IMG/VR virus record: IMGVR_UViG_3300024272_000021
Source of the DNA: a virus
Taxonomy: Duplodnaviria; Heunggongvirae; Uroviricota; Caudoviricetes
DNA: 64,000 nt
Direction: 5' to 3' (one strand)
Under the pieces are notes generated by a model that was not told the origin of the DNA, searched no databases, and was given only the letters and a program-made list of their open reading frames with translations. Each line of letters starts with the position of its first letter. Positions within the stretch are counted from its first letter, which is position 1. This document shows positions 53,292 through 63,726 of this stretch, one piece after another. Both the position numbers and the translations under genes were made by a program.

Positions 53292-54596
53292 ATGAGGAAA
53301 TATGAAAAAGTAGATAAATGGATTGATTTGAGCGTATTACCTACAATAAGTAATACTAATAGAATTGATTGGGGTAATTCTATTGGCATTATGATGCAAT
53401 TTAAATACAATAAATACAATGGCATATTAAAAATAGTAAATAAAATTACTAAAGATAAATACAAGGTTGTTCTCTATATAAATAATGAAAGTATAGAATA
53501 CGTGTTAAATTCTAATGGAATTAAAAAATGCGAATTGGGCGGAGCATTTAAAATACCAATTGCAATTACGAATCCAGAGTTTATTAAATATTTTGTTAAT
53601 CAACAGGATGCATATACATACTCAATACAGAGCAATAAAAAGGTTGAAATGATATGTCCGTTGTGTGGTACTAAAAAAGAACAATATGTTAGAGTGTTAG
53701 CTAAGTATGGGCTTGCATGCCCAATGTGTTCAGATGGAATTAGCTATCCAAATAAATTTATGTTTAATGTTTTAACGCAACTTGATATTAATTTTAAGAA
53801 TGAAGTAACAAAAGCGACCCCAGGCTTTGAATGGATTGTAGGAAATTATAGATATGATTTTTATGTTGAATATAACCACACCAAAGTATTTATAGAAATG
53901 GATGGTAAATTTCATTTAGGGAATAAATGGCAAACTTACGAAAAGGCGCAAAAGACTGATCAATTAAAAGATAAACTAGCTTTACAACATGGCATAAAAG
54001 TAATTCGAATAAATTGTATGTATTCGAAAATTCAAAATCGTTATAAGTATATAAAAGACAATATTGTAACTAGCGAACTTAATTCAATTTTTAATTTAAG
54101 TAATATAAATTGGGATGTAGCAAATAGTTTTGCTGTAAGCAGTAATATAGCATTGGCGGCGGAATTATGGAACGATAAAGATTATTGCGTTATAGATATT
54201 GGTAATAAATTAGGAGTGTCGCGTGACACCGCTAGAGGTTATTTAAAAATTGCTTCAAAACTTGGCCTATGTGCTTATAATGATAACGAGGTTGAAATAA
54301 GAATGATAAACAAAATTAAAGAGAATAACAAGAAAAAATCAAAGCCAATAGCATTGTATCAAAATGGAAATATAATCAATGTGTTTCCTGGCGTAGTCGA
54401 TTTAGATCGTAAATCTCAGGAATTATACGGAACACATATAGATTTTAGAAATGCTTATGCTGTCTGTAAAGGGGATAAAAAACAAGCTTACGGTTATACT
54501 ATGAAATTTATTACTCGCGAAGAATATGAACAACTTTATCCGCAATTTAATCAACAATACAACATTAATGAGAATAATTTACAGGAGGTGAGCTAA
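53292..54596 (+). CDS. Free-standing homing-endonuclease-like protein (Zn ribbon, DUF559/Vsr-like nuclease, HTH, NUMOD1-like tail)
   Basis: CPLCG...CPMC; RYDF...IEMDGKFH...KVIRI; C-terminal SKPIALY...CKG.KKQAYGY; the stop codon abuts the Dit ATG. Confidence 0.75.
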   Translation: MRKYEKVDKWIDLSVLPTISNTNRIDWGNSIGIMMQFKYNKYNGILKIVNKITKDKYKVVLYINNESIEYVLNSNGIKKCELGGAFKIPIAITNPEFIKYFVNQQDAYTYSIQSNKKVEMICPLCGTKKEQYVRVLAKYGLACPMCSDGISYPNKFMFNVLTQLDINFKNEVTKATPGFEWIVGNYRYDFYVEYNHTKVFIEMDGKFHLGNKWQTYEKAQKTDQLKDKLALQHGIKVIRINCMYSKIQNRYKYIKDNIVTSELNSIFNLSNINWDVANSFAVSSNIALAAELWNDKDYCVIDIGNKLGVSRDTARGYLKIASKLGLCAYNDNEVEIRMINKIKENNKKKSKPIALYQNGNIINVFPGVVDLDRKSQELYGTHIDFRNAYAVCKGDKKQAYGYTMKFITREEYEQLYPQFNQQYNINENNLQEVS

Positions 54597-56486
54597 ATGA
54601 GTTCATACTATCCTTCATTTAATTATTTAGGTGAAAATTCCAGAGAGAGAAGTCTTGTCATTTCACATTTTGATGCTGACAGTGGAGAAGCTGATACTTT
54701 TTTAGGCATGGAGCCGATTTATACCGAAAGCGCAGATGGATCACGGCGATTAGATTATGGTGCAAAGTATAATAACGTCGCTTCTTTTAGAATTACTACA
54801 ATAAAGCCTGATGGGAGTGATTTATCTGTTGATGAAATTCGCGAACACTTAAAATGGCTAACGGGTTCAAAAAGAAATGGTCCGTTCGAATTAGTAGAGC
54901 ATTTCTCAGAAGAATTTATTTGTGATGGTAAAAAAACTAGTTTTCAACTTAGTGAAACCGGTGCAGGGAAAAACTTATTAGACTTTGGAAAAATATATGC
55001 AAGTAATTCATCCACGGTATGTGAATTTCCAGATGATGATGTACTTCGAATATATACTATTAAAGACAGAGAATATGCAGGTGTTAAGTCGCAAACTTTA
55101 ACACTTAAGGCAGGTGTCACATATACTTTTTCACTTGACGTTACTGAGATTCGATCTGGTGATATACGATTTGGATTTAGATATGGACCACTCCATGAGG
55201 ATAAAGAAAATGATTTTGCAGTATCAGCTACCGTTGCAACATCTACGGGTCATTTTGTAAATCGTATTACACCAAAAACAGATATTGAAGTCTATCCTTC
55301 TGTGCTCGTAACATGGTCAACGGCAGCAGAGGGTGATGCGACTTTTAAAAATCTGCAAGTCGAAGTTGGTTCAATAGATACCGCTTATACGCCACATGAA
55401 TTAAATGGAACCGCAAACACCATTCGTATTTTCTCTGTTAGTGTTAATGGGGATATATTAAAAAACTACGGATATTCTCCTAGCGGTGGAATATTGAGTT
55501 TATATAATACACCAATCCCAAGCAAAGGGGCCGTTATAAAAGTTTCTTATGGACGTATCAAATGCAGTTTTACTGGACGCATAACGAATGCTTGGCAATA
55601 CAAAATGGATGCAAGAACTATAGGGTTAATATTTGAATTTACTAGTATATCACCATGGGCTTATTCTTCGTTACAACTAAAAAACGCAATTGTTAATGAT
55701 CTGCGCTATATAACAATTTTTAATAAAACTGACGATTTATACGGATATACTTTAATGAATACCGTATTTACAAATACAACAGGAACATCTGTAACAATTG
55801 TCAATGAGAACACGGGAGAAAGAACAATTGTAACAAATCTTGCTAAAAACGAAACCATTACTATTAGCGATAATATGATGATTACATCGGATAAAGCCTC
55901 GAAGGTGTTTGGCAATTCATTTAATTATGTTTTTCCACGTCTTGTTGCAGGGGAAAATAGATTAACAATATATGGAACAGGAAATATCCAATTTCAATAT
56001 TATTATTGTATAAAAATTGGTGACTGTGCTATGGATATTAATGTTATTTCTGATCCTATATATGATGATGATGGCAATATACAATTAGATGTTTTACCAT
56101 GGAGTCGCATTACCGACACGCCTACAACTTATCAAGGATATGGAATCACAAATGTATATTCTAAGGTTGAAACTGATCAATTGGTTGCTCCTGTGGCAGC
56201 GCAGATTTCTAATATGTATTCTAAAGCTGAAGTAAACAATATGTATTTAAGTTTAAAATCAGATCTTTCTAAGATTTATACTAAATCTGAAGTGGATAAG
56301 CTATTGTCTAATATAACGGCTCGACTTGCCAAAATTTATACTAAATCGGAAGTTGATGCTTTATTTGATGATGTTTATTCTAAGGCTGAAGTTAATCATA
56401 TGTATTTAAGCTTAAAAGAGGAATTAAATAATATACAAATCGATGAAAAGGAGCTTGCGTCAATGTTGGCAACCGAGCTTAATTAA
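54597..56486 (+). CDS. Distal tail protein (evolved Dit) with inserted carbohydrate-binding module and C-terminal repeats
   Basis: Follows the TMP; SFNYLGENS...WLT...SPWAYS...L.AGEN.L motifs; GKNLLD...LQVEVGSIDTAYTP CBM; five Y[ST]KxEV repeats. Confidence 0.75.
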   Translation: MSSYYPSFNYLGENSRERSLVISHFDADSGEADTFLGMEPIYTESADGSRRLDYGAKYNNVASFRITTIKPDGSDLSVDEIREHLKWLTGSKRNGPFELVEHFSEEFICDGKKTSFQLSETGAGKNLLDFGKIYASNSSTVCEFPDDDVLRIYTIKDREYAGVKSQTLTLKAGVTYTFSLDVTEIRSGDIRFGFRYGPLHEDKENDFAVSATVATSTGHFVNRITPKTDIEVYPSVLVTWSTAAEGDATFKNLQVEVGSIDTAYTPHELNGTANTIRIFSVSVNGDILKNYGYSPSGGILSLYNTPIPSKGAVIKVSYGRIKCSFTGRITNAWQYKMDARTIGLIFEFTSISPWAYSSLQLKNAIVNDLRYITIFNKTDDLYGYTLMNTVFTNTTGTSVTIVNENTGERTIVTNLAKNETITISDNMMITSDKASKVFGNSFNYVFPRLVAGENRLTIYGTGNIQFQYYYCIKIGDCAMDINVISDPIYDDDGNIQLDVLPWSRITDTPTTYQGYGITNVYSKVETDQLVAPVAAQISNMYSKAEVNNMYLSLKSDLSKIYTKSEVDKLLSNITARLAKIYTKSEVDALFDDVYSKAEVNHMYLSLKEELNNIQIDEKELASMLATELN

Positions 56487-56507
56487 CAATGGAGGTGTAA
56501 AAGGAAT

Positions 56508-59500
56508 ATGTTATTACCCAAAGATGTTCTTTCGGGTACGTATAGAAAACCACGCATATTTTTATGCGAACCCGATAAAACAAAAATATGTCAGCTAGAA
56601 ACATCTAATTTAAAAGGTTCATTTAAATTTAATTCGTATTCAACTTTAAATTTCGATGTGTCTCGTGTGTATAATAAAATAGGAGGCAGAACAAAAGAGA
56701 ATCCTTATTACAATAAAGTTGAAGCTATTAGATTGGTTGAACTAGAAGGTTTCGGATTTTTTGAAATACAAGATCCAGAAATAGACGGAGATGGCATTAA
56801 AGAAATTAAATCTATCACAGCAAATTCATTAGAGTATACATTGTCTCAAAAATATTTAGAAATGTTTTATATTAATACCGGTAAGATAGATTCTATTGAG
56901 GTTATGTACGCTGAAGAAAATAATAATGGAACAATAATTCCTATTACTTTATATAATCCAAAGAGACCAGAGTTGAGTTTATTACATTTGATTTTAGAGA
57001 AAGTACATGGTTGGACAATTGGTCGTGTTGATGCGTCTCTGCAAACTATGAGTCGTCAGTTCGAAGTTAGCAGGGAATCTGTATATGATTTTATTATGAA
57101 TGAAATTTGCGATAAATTTAATTGTTATGCCGTGTTTGATACATATGAGAATACAATTAATTTTTACGCTGAGGCATTAACTAATAAATTCATTGGAGAT
57201 GGTAAAACAAAATCTTTTACAGTTTCTCCTATTTTCTATGAGATTGACAGTGTATCCGTTGATGGATACAAAACTACTGGTTATACCTACAATTCTTCTA
57301 CAGGATTATTAACATTGGATAGTGCACCGTTATCAGGAGAGATTATCGAAGTAGTTGATGGTTCATTAACTGGATGGGAGACGGATGTATTTGTTACTTT
57401 TGACAATTTGGCTCAACAGATGAATATCAGTTATTCAGCAGATGATATTAAAACTGTATTAACTGTTAAAGGTGCGGATGAATTGGATATACGCGAAGTT
57501 AATAGTGGATTGCCATACATAGTAGACTTATCTTATTTTCATACTGTAGACTGGATGGGTCAGAAATTATACAATAAGTACAATGAATACGTTGCGAAAT
57601 GTACGTCTAGTCAAGCAGAATATAAAACTAATTCACAAGAAATTATAAAGCTTTCAAATAAAATTTGGTATGAAAATAACAGAGTGTCTTTAGGGTATGC
57701 TAGGGCGTCCGTGTCTCCTGATACGGTTGGTTCTTACTATGTGCAAGGCGGAGACGCTGATACGGGGTATTATTATACTGAAGTTTCATTACCCAAGGAT
57801 TATATTGTTGATACTACTTACTATTCTGTCAATACCGCTAACTTAGATGAAGAAAAATTCGCAAAGCTTTATGAGGCATTGAAAACCTACTATCATACTG
57901 GAGAGGTTACTGGCTTTGATGATAATTTAATAGAAAATTTCGAATTTACAAAAGCTTCTCATCCTAATGGATATACTCTTGAAAGTGTTAAAGAGACATT
58001 GTTATCTGACGAAAGCGATTCTGTTAAAGATCAGAGGGTCACTAATTTTCTTGTTCAGATATGGGAGCAACTCGGCTTAACGCCTCTTAAAACTTTATAT
58101 CTCGCTCCATATAAAGAAGTTCAAACCACTAATGTAAGTGCAGGATTGGCAGAAAAGGATAATAAGGATTACGGATTATATTATCCTGTAGTTTTAGTTA
58201 TTAATTCTTTGAATACCGCGATTAAAGCTCGACAAACTAGCATTGATGAATTAACAAAATCAAAAGACGCTCTTTCTAAGGCAAATGTTGACATAGGTAA
58301 TTTGTTATTATTAGAAAAGAATTTTAGTAAACAAGAAATGACTACATTGAGTGCTTTCCTCAGAGAAGACGAATATACCGATGATACTTTTGTAGCAACA
58401 GGCAATGAGACAACAGAGGAATTATTTAAATTAAAACAACAATTAAAAGAATGCGGACATATAGAATTATCTAAACTATGTGAACCGAGCTTAAAGTTTT
58501 CCATGTCTCTCGGCAATATTTACGCTTTGCCTGAATTTGAACCAATAGTAAATCAATTTCAGCTTGGTAAGTTAATTAAAGTCGCATTAAGACCAGATTA
58601 TATTAAGAATACAAGATTAATGCAGGTTGATTTAAATTTTGAGGATTTCTCAGATTTCTCATGTGAATTTGGAGATTTAATGTCTATTAGATCTCAAACC
58701 GATCTTCATGCCGATTTATTATCACAAGCGGTAAGTGCTGGTAAGACCGTAGCAAGTAATGCAAGTTATTGGGATAAAGGCACAGACACGGCGACTTCAA
58801 TTGATTTAAAAGTACAACAAGGATTGCTTAATGCTGCAACGGAAATTAAAAGCATTGATGGTACTCAAGGTGTACTTATTGATAATTATGGCATACATCT
58901 TCAAAAAATAAACCCCGAGACCGGTGAGGTTGATCCCGAGCAAGGCTGGATAGTTAATAATAAATTTTTATATTCTGACGATGCTTTTACGACAACAAAA
59001 TCGGTATTTGGTGAATTTAATATACCAGTGGGAACCAACGAAAATGGCGAAACTGTATATGAAACAAGATGGGGCCTCCTTGCCGATGCAGTAGTAGCTG
59101 GCTATATTGAAGGTAGCCAAATTGTCGGTAGCCAAATTGTCGGAGGCACGATTCAAATTGGTGAACGCGCAGATGGTTCATATAATTTTAAGGTAGACGA
59201 AGATGGATACATTACAATGGTTGGCGGTAAAGGCATGAGTAGCAGTGGCGAAACCATTGATCTTGATGATTATAATACTACGGTTGAGATTGAAGCAAGC
59301 GGCGCGACTTTAAATTCAAGTACACAAAGCATAACATTAACTTGCAAAATTTATAGTTATGGCGTAGATGTTACAGGAGATCATGATCGATCAGTATTCC
59401 ATTGGACGAGATCTAGTGGAGATGCTGAGGCAGATCAAGATTGGAACGCATCGCATTATAATAACACAAGCAACAATGTATTAACTGTAACTATAAACGA

Positions 59501-60698
59501 TGTGGAGGATGTTGCATTTTTCCAATGTGAGGTTCATTTATCTAGTATTAAACACACTGATTCTATTGCGATTACATTAGATAATACCGATATGCATGTT
59601 TTTACTTCAAAGCCAGATGCAGTACAAACAAATGGGTATTGTTATAATAGTGGAGATTTATGGGTTGTAGGTGATGATTATCAGCCATATATTTATAAAA
59701 ATAGTCGCCCAGAAGGTTTAAAATATGAATGGTATTATAAAAATGTCGAATCAAGTTCGTTCTTGTTGACCAATGCTTTTACAGAAAATACATACGAAGT
59801 GCCTATGACCGAAGCACGAGCAGGTCGTCAAATATATTGTGTTGTAACAGACTCAAGTGGTAATAGTATAACCTCTAAAACTATTACCTTAAATATGATA
59901 AAACAAGAAGGTAAATTAAAAATTAATAGGAACATTACCGATCAAGAAGCGGCAAATGGTGAAAATGTAGCCGTAACATTTGACGTTGAAGGCGAAAATT
60001 TGACTTATGCTTGGTATTATAAAGATAGTGGTATGTCTGCTTTTGTTAAGACTGATACTTTTACCAATAATTATTACGGTGTTATAATGAATTCTAATCG
60101 CGCAGGTCGCCAGATTTATTGCGTAGTAAGCGATGCAGAAGGTAATTCGGTAACTAGCAATACTATTACATTGAGTATGACAGGTAAAGAAAACACAAAA
60201 TGGTATATTAAGAGTAATGTTTCAGATCAAGAAGTAGCGGAAGGAGAATATGTGACTGTTGTTTTTGATGTATTAAGTGAAGATTTTAAGTATCCACAAA
60301 ATACTATATTGGTTAGCATTAATAGCAATACGTCGTATTCTGATAGCGATTGGGATGAGTCTGTTTATTATAGTGCAACATTTAATGATTTAAATGAAAG
60401 AACAGAAAAATTAGAGCAACATGTAATAATTGATACAGACGGATTGCATTTGCGAGCATCTTCTCAAGACGATATAACATTCGAGTCTTTACTTACATCT
60501 GAGGAACTATCTTTTGGTACGTGGAGTAATAATGAACATAATAAAGTTGTTTGGTTAGGAAGGGACGAAATGAATGCGCGAAATGTTACTGTTGAGAATT
60601 ATGTAAATATAAAAGCAGTAGATGATAATACTCCATATTTTACGCTTGGTAATTTTAAATTTCAAGTTGAAGACAATGGAAGTTTATCTATTGTGTAA
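56508..60698 (+). CDS. Tail-associated baseplate hub/Tal-like protein with Ig-like insertions
   Basis: Follows Dit; LELSK.CEP...F, LGKLIKV and ADAVVAGYI motifs; two WYYK...GRQIYCVV Ig-like repeats. Confidence 0.7.
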   Translation: MLLPKDVLSGTYRKPRIFLCEPDKTKICQLETSNLKGSFKFNSYSTLNFDVSRVYNKIGGRTKENPYYNKVEAIRLVELEGFGFFEIQDPEIDGDGIKEIKSITANSLEYTLSQKYLEMFYINTGKIDSIEVMYAEENNNGTIIPITLYNPKRPELSLLHLILEKVHGWTIGRVDASLQTMSRQFEVSRESVYDFIMNEICDKFNCYAVFDTYENTINFYAEALTNKFIGDGKTKSFTVSPIFYEIDSVSVDGYKTTGYTYNSSTGLLTLDSAPLSGEIIEVVDGSLTGWETDVFVTFDNLAQQMNISYSADDIKTVLTVKGADELDIREVNSGLPYIVDLSYFHTVDWMGQKLYNKYNEYVAKCTSSQAEYKTNSQEIIKLSNKIWYENNRVSLGYARASVSPDTVGSYYVQGGDADTGYYYTEVSLPKDYIVDTTYYSVNTANLDEEKFAKLYEALKTYYHTGEVTGFDDNLIENFEFTKASHPNGYTLESVKETLLSDESDSVKDQRVTNFLVQIWEQLGLTPLKTLYLAPYKEVQTTNVSAGLAEKDNKDYGLYYPVVLVINSLNTAIKARQTSIDELTKSKDALSKANVDIGNLLLLEKNFSKQEMTTLSAFLREDEYTDDTFVATGNETTEELFKLKQQLKECGHIELSKLCEPSLKFSMSLGNIYALPEFEPIVNQFQLGKLIKVALRPDYIKNTRLMQVDLNFEDFSDFSCEFGDLMSIRSQTDLHADLLSQAVSAGKTVASNASYWDKGTDTATSIDLKVQQGLLNAATEIKSIDGTQGVLIDNYGIHLQKINPETGEVDPEQGWIVNNKFLYSDDAFTTTKSVFGEFNIPVGTNENGETVYETRWGLLADAVVAGYIEGSQIVGSQIVGGTIQIGERADGSYNFKVDEDGYITMVGGKGMSSSGETIDLDDYNTTVEIEASGATLNSSTQSITLTCKIYSYGVDVTGDHDRSVFHWTRSSGDAEADQDWNASHYNNTSNNVLTVTINDVEDVAFFQCEVHLSSIKHTDSIAITLDNTDMHVFTSKPDAVQTNGYCYNSGDLWVVGDDYQPYIYKNSRPEGLKYEWYYKNVESSSFLLTNAFTENTYEVPMTEARAGRQIYCVVTDSSGNSITSKTITLNMIKQEGKLKINRNITDQEAANGENVAVTFDVEGENLTYAWYYKDSGMSAFVKTDTFTNNYYGVIMNSNRAGRQIYCVVSDAEGNSVTSNTITLSMTGKENTKWYIKSNVSDQEVAEGEYVTVVFDVLSEDFKYPQNTILVSINSNTSYSDSDWDESVYYSATFNDLNERTEKLEQHVIIDTDGLHLRASSQDDITFESLLTSEELSFGTWSNNEHNKVVWLGRDEMNARNVTVENYVNIKAVDDNTPYFTLGNFKFQVEDNGSLSIV

Positions 60699-60715
60699 CA
60701 AAGAGGTGAAAATTT

Positions 60716-63073
60716 ATGGCATCAGGAACGATTACAGGAACGACTTCAAATGAATATATTACTGCGCGTATTACATGGACTAGTACACCAAACACAACAA
60801 ATAATACATCCACAGTAAAAGCAACTTTAGCTTACAAAAAAAATTCTACATATGGTAATGCCACTTATAGTCGTGAGTTTGATGGAAGTATAACAATAAA
60901 TGGTAATAAAATGACTATTGATATTGATAGGTCGGCTTCGAATAGAATTTATTTATATAGTGACGCTGGTTGGGTTACAATGGGAACTCATACTGTAACA
61001 GTTGCGCACACTAGTGATGGCTCTAAAAGTATTACGATATCCGCAACAGGAGGAATGAGCGGAACATCTTTTACTTCTACATCGTGTTCGGGAAAAGTTG
61101 AATTGGATACTATCCCAAGGGCTTCTTCGATTACATCTGCAAGTGCCGTTACATTAGGTAACAAGTGCAGTATAAAATGGACACCTTTATCATCGAGTTT
61201 TGTTTATAAAGTGAAGCTTTCATGTGGAGGTGTGACATATACTTCTGACTATATTACTCCTGGAAGTACATCTGCATATACTTATTCTGCCACAATGAGT
61301 GTGTCATATTGGGCAAAAGCTATGCCAAAGGCGTATTCAGGTACATGTACGGCCACCTTGTATACCTATCAAAGTAGTTCATCAAGTACCGCAATTGGTA
61401 GTAGTTCAAAAACATTCACATTGACATTGCCGAGTACTGTAAAGCCAACTGTTAGTTTTGCAGAACCTGAAATAGTTAATGGTTGGAATGGATATTACAT
61501 ACAAGGAAAAAGTAAATGTAAATTATCTGCTACATTTGCTGCAGGTACGGGAAGTTCAATTAGCTCTTGTTCAATTTCTGGCACAGAACTAACAAAGACA
61601 GGATCTGGTACTTCATTGTCTGGAACAACTAGCGTTTTAACTAAATCTGGAACTTTTACTTATACAGCAAAGGTTACAGATGGAAGAAAAACTGTAAGTG
61701 CGACAAAATCAATATATGTTTATCCGTATGCAAATCCAACTCTTTCAATATCTGCAGTGCGTACATCAACTAGTGGCTCTGTAAAGATTACTTACAAGGC
61801 GGCATGCTCTTCTGTCAACTCTAAAAATAGCCTTAAGACTCTTAAAATATATCAAAAACTATCCACCGATTCTACATGGCCATCATCACCAACAGAAGAA
61901 CTTACATTGAGTTCGACATCGGCTAATAGTAGTAAAACTCTAACTGGACTTAGTACAACCGATTCTTATGATTTTAAGGCCGTAGTTACTGATACTTATG
62001 GCAGTTCAAGTGCTGAGGCTACCGCTTCGGTATCATCTGAGTTTAGGTTGCTTAACATTAATGATAACAAAAAGGGTTTAGCACTTGGTAAAATGTCGGA
62101 AGATAATACTTTTGACTGCAATTTACCTATGAAAATTTCAAGCACAACTACAACTCAATCCGAGGCGAGTTTTCATATTAATAGTTCGGCTGCTAAATCT
62201 TTTACTATTACTAGAACGGGATTAACAGATGATATTGACCAAGACGATACGAAAGAACCAGTTGATATTAGAGGGCAATTTTATGTTAATGATGATGGCA
62301 ATGTAACGCTTAGTAGAAGATACTCAACTGATAATGGCGCTAATTATACAACTCAAGGGTTTATACAATTGAGAGATGATCGAATTTATGCAGGTAATAC
62401 TTTCGAGGCTCCTCGTGGCAGATTTACTGCTACAGATGATGCAGCTGGTGATACTCAAAATAATGTTGCTTTAAGAATAGGAAGTGCATCTGGAGAGCAT
62501 ATTGATATTGATAACAATGAGATTATTGCCAAAGATAATACTACAACTATGGGCGTACTTGCTTTAAGCGGAAAGCGAGTGGATTTATATGGTGGTACTA
62601 ATGCTATATTGCAGGTTGGGTTGAATTCGAATGACGAACCAATTGTGTATTCAGTGCCTGTTTATAATCGTACATACGATTCGTCTTCTAATATGTGTAT
62701 AACATCTAATGGTGTATTTGGTCGAAGCACTTCATCTTCTAAAAGATATAAAACAGAAATTGAAGATGTGCGATGTGACGAATTAAATCCGTATCAAATT
62801 TTAGACATTCCAATTAGGCAATATAAATATAAGGAAGATTATATTCCGGTTGGGAAGCAGGCAGATGATATATATCTAGGCTTTATCGCAGAAGAAGTTG
62901 AAGAAGTTTTCCCTGCTGCAACAGAATACGATGAAGATGGACAAGCGGAAATGTGGAACATCAAAGTCTTGTTTCCAGCATTATTAAAAGTAGTACAAGA
63001 TCAACAAAAGGAAATTCAAGAATTAAAAAAAATGATTATGGACGGCAACACCAGTTCAAATAATATGGAATAA
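60716..63073 (+). CDS. Tail spike/fibre (DUF859-like N-terminus) with C-terminal peptidase S74 intramolecular chaperone
   Basis: LDTIPRAS and GLALGKMSE motifs; SSKRYKTEI...Y.YK...GFIAEEVEEVFP...QQKEIQELK. Confidence 0.8.
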   Translation: MASGTITGTTSNEYITARITWTSTPNTTNNTSTVKATLAYKKNSTYGNATYSREFDGSITINGNKMTIDIDRSASNRIYLYSDAGWVTMGTHTVTVAHTSDGSKSITISATGGMSGTSFTSTSCSGKVELDTIPRASSITSASAVTLGNKCSIKWTPLSSSFVYKVKLSCGGVTYTSDYITPGSTSAYTYSATMSVSYWAKAMPKAYSGTCTATLYTYQSSSSSTAIGSSSKTFTLTLPSTVKPTVSFAEPEIVNGWNGYYIQGKSKCKLSATFAAGTGSSISSCSISGTELTKTGSGTSLSGTTSVLTKSGTFTYTAKVTDGRKTVSATKSIYVYPYANPTLSISAVRTSTSGSVKITYKAACSSVNSKNSLKTLKIYQKLSTDSTWPSSPTEELTLSSTSANSSKTLTGLSTTDSYDFKAVVTDTYGSSSAEATASVSSEFRLLNINDNKKGLALGKMSEDNTFDCNLPMKISSTTTTQSEASFHINSSAAKSFTITRTGLTDDIDQDDTKEPVDIRGQFYVNDDGNVTLSRRYSTDNGANYTTQGFIQLRDDRIYAGNTFEAPRGRFTATDDAAGDTQNNVALRIGSASGEHIDIDNNEIIAKDNTTTMGVLALSGKRVDLYGGTNAILQVGLNSNDEPIVYSVPVYNRTYDSSSNMCITSNGVFGRSTSSSKRYKTEIEDVRCDELNPYQILDIPIRQYKYKEDYIPVGKQADDIYLGFIAEEVEEVFPAATEYDEDGQAEMWNIKVLFPALLKVVQDQQKEIQELKKMIMDGNTSSNNME

Positions 63074-63108
63074 AAGGGAAAATATTTGAAAGTTGGGGTT
63101 GATTAAAT

Positions 63109-63723
63109 ATGATAAATTATATAGAATACTTAAATCTGCCAACCAAGGTGGCAATTGCTTTGGTTGGCGTATTTTTATGTTTGCAAATTATAGGTGAATT
63201 ACTAGAATTTAAGGGGAAAGTCGTTCCTGAGTTTATTAAGATCAGAAAGTACTTTCGTCGTAAAAAACAAGAAAAGAAACAAGAAATTGAAACATTAAAA
63301 CAAGTGCAAACATTATTAAACGAAGTGAATCAACATTATAGTAAAGATAATATTACAAAACGCAACAAATGGATGGAATGGGTTAACTCTCGCGCCAAGA
63401 TTTATGATGAATCCGTTGCAGAATTAACGGAATTAAAAGATGCATTGGCAGCAAATAATAAACTTACTTTAGATTTATATATAAACGTCAATAGAAATCG
63501 AATTATTGATTTTGCTAGACTTGTTGCTGATGATAGCGCATTAACATCAAGAGAGGAATTTAATCGTATTTATAAGATAAATAAAGAATATCATGCAATT
63601 CTTGATAAATATAATAAGGAGAATGGTGAAGTTGATATTGCGATGAGACTTATAGATGAAGCATATGATTATAGAATGAAGAATCATACATTTATAGAGG
63701 ATGTTCGAGGATATAATAAATAA
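63109..63723 (+). CDS. Membrane-anchored protein (holin-like/hypothetical)
   Basis: N-terminal TM helix IALVGVFLCLQII followed by a coiled coil; NG.V..A...I...Y C-terminal motif. Confidence 0.5.
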   Translation: MINYIEYLNLPTKVAIALVGVFLCLQIIGELLEFKGKVVPEFIKIRKYFRRKKQEKKQEIETLKQVQTLLNEVNQHYSKDNITKRNKWMEWVNSRAKIYDESVAELTELKDALAANNKLTLDLYINVNRNRIIDFARLVADDSALTSREEFNRIYKINKEYHAILDKYNKENGEVDIAMRLIDEAYDYRMKNHTFIEDVRGYNK

Positions 63724-63726
63724 ATT

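Noticed and set aside
59113-59144. 15-nt tandem duplication (GSQIV twice) in Tal
   Set aside because: It is a small in-frame slippage in a region that commonly has GxxIxG repeats; there is no evidence of function.
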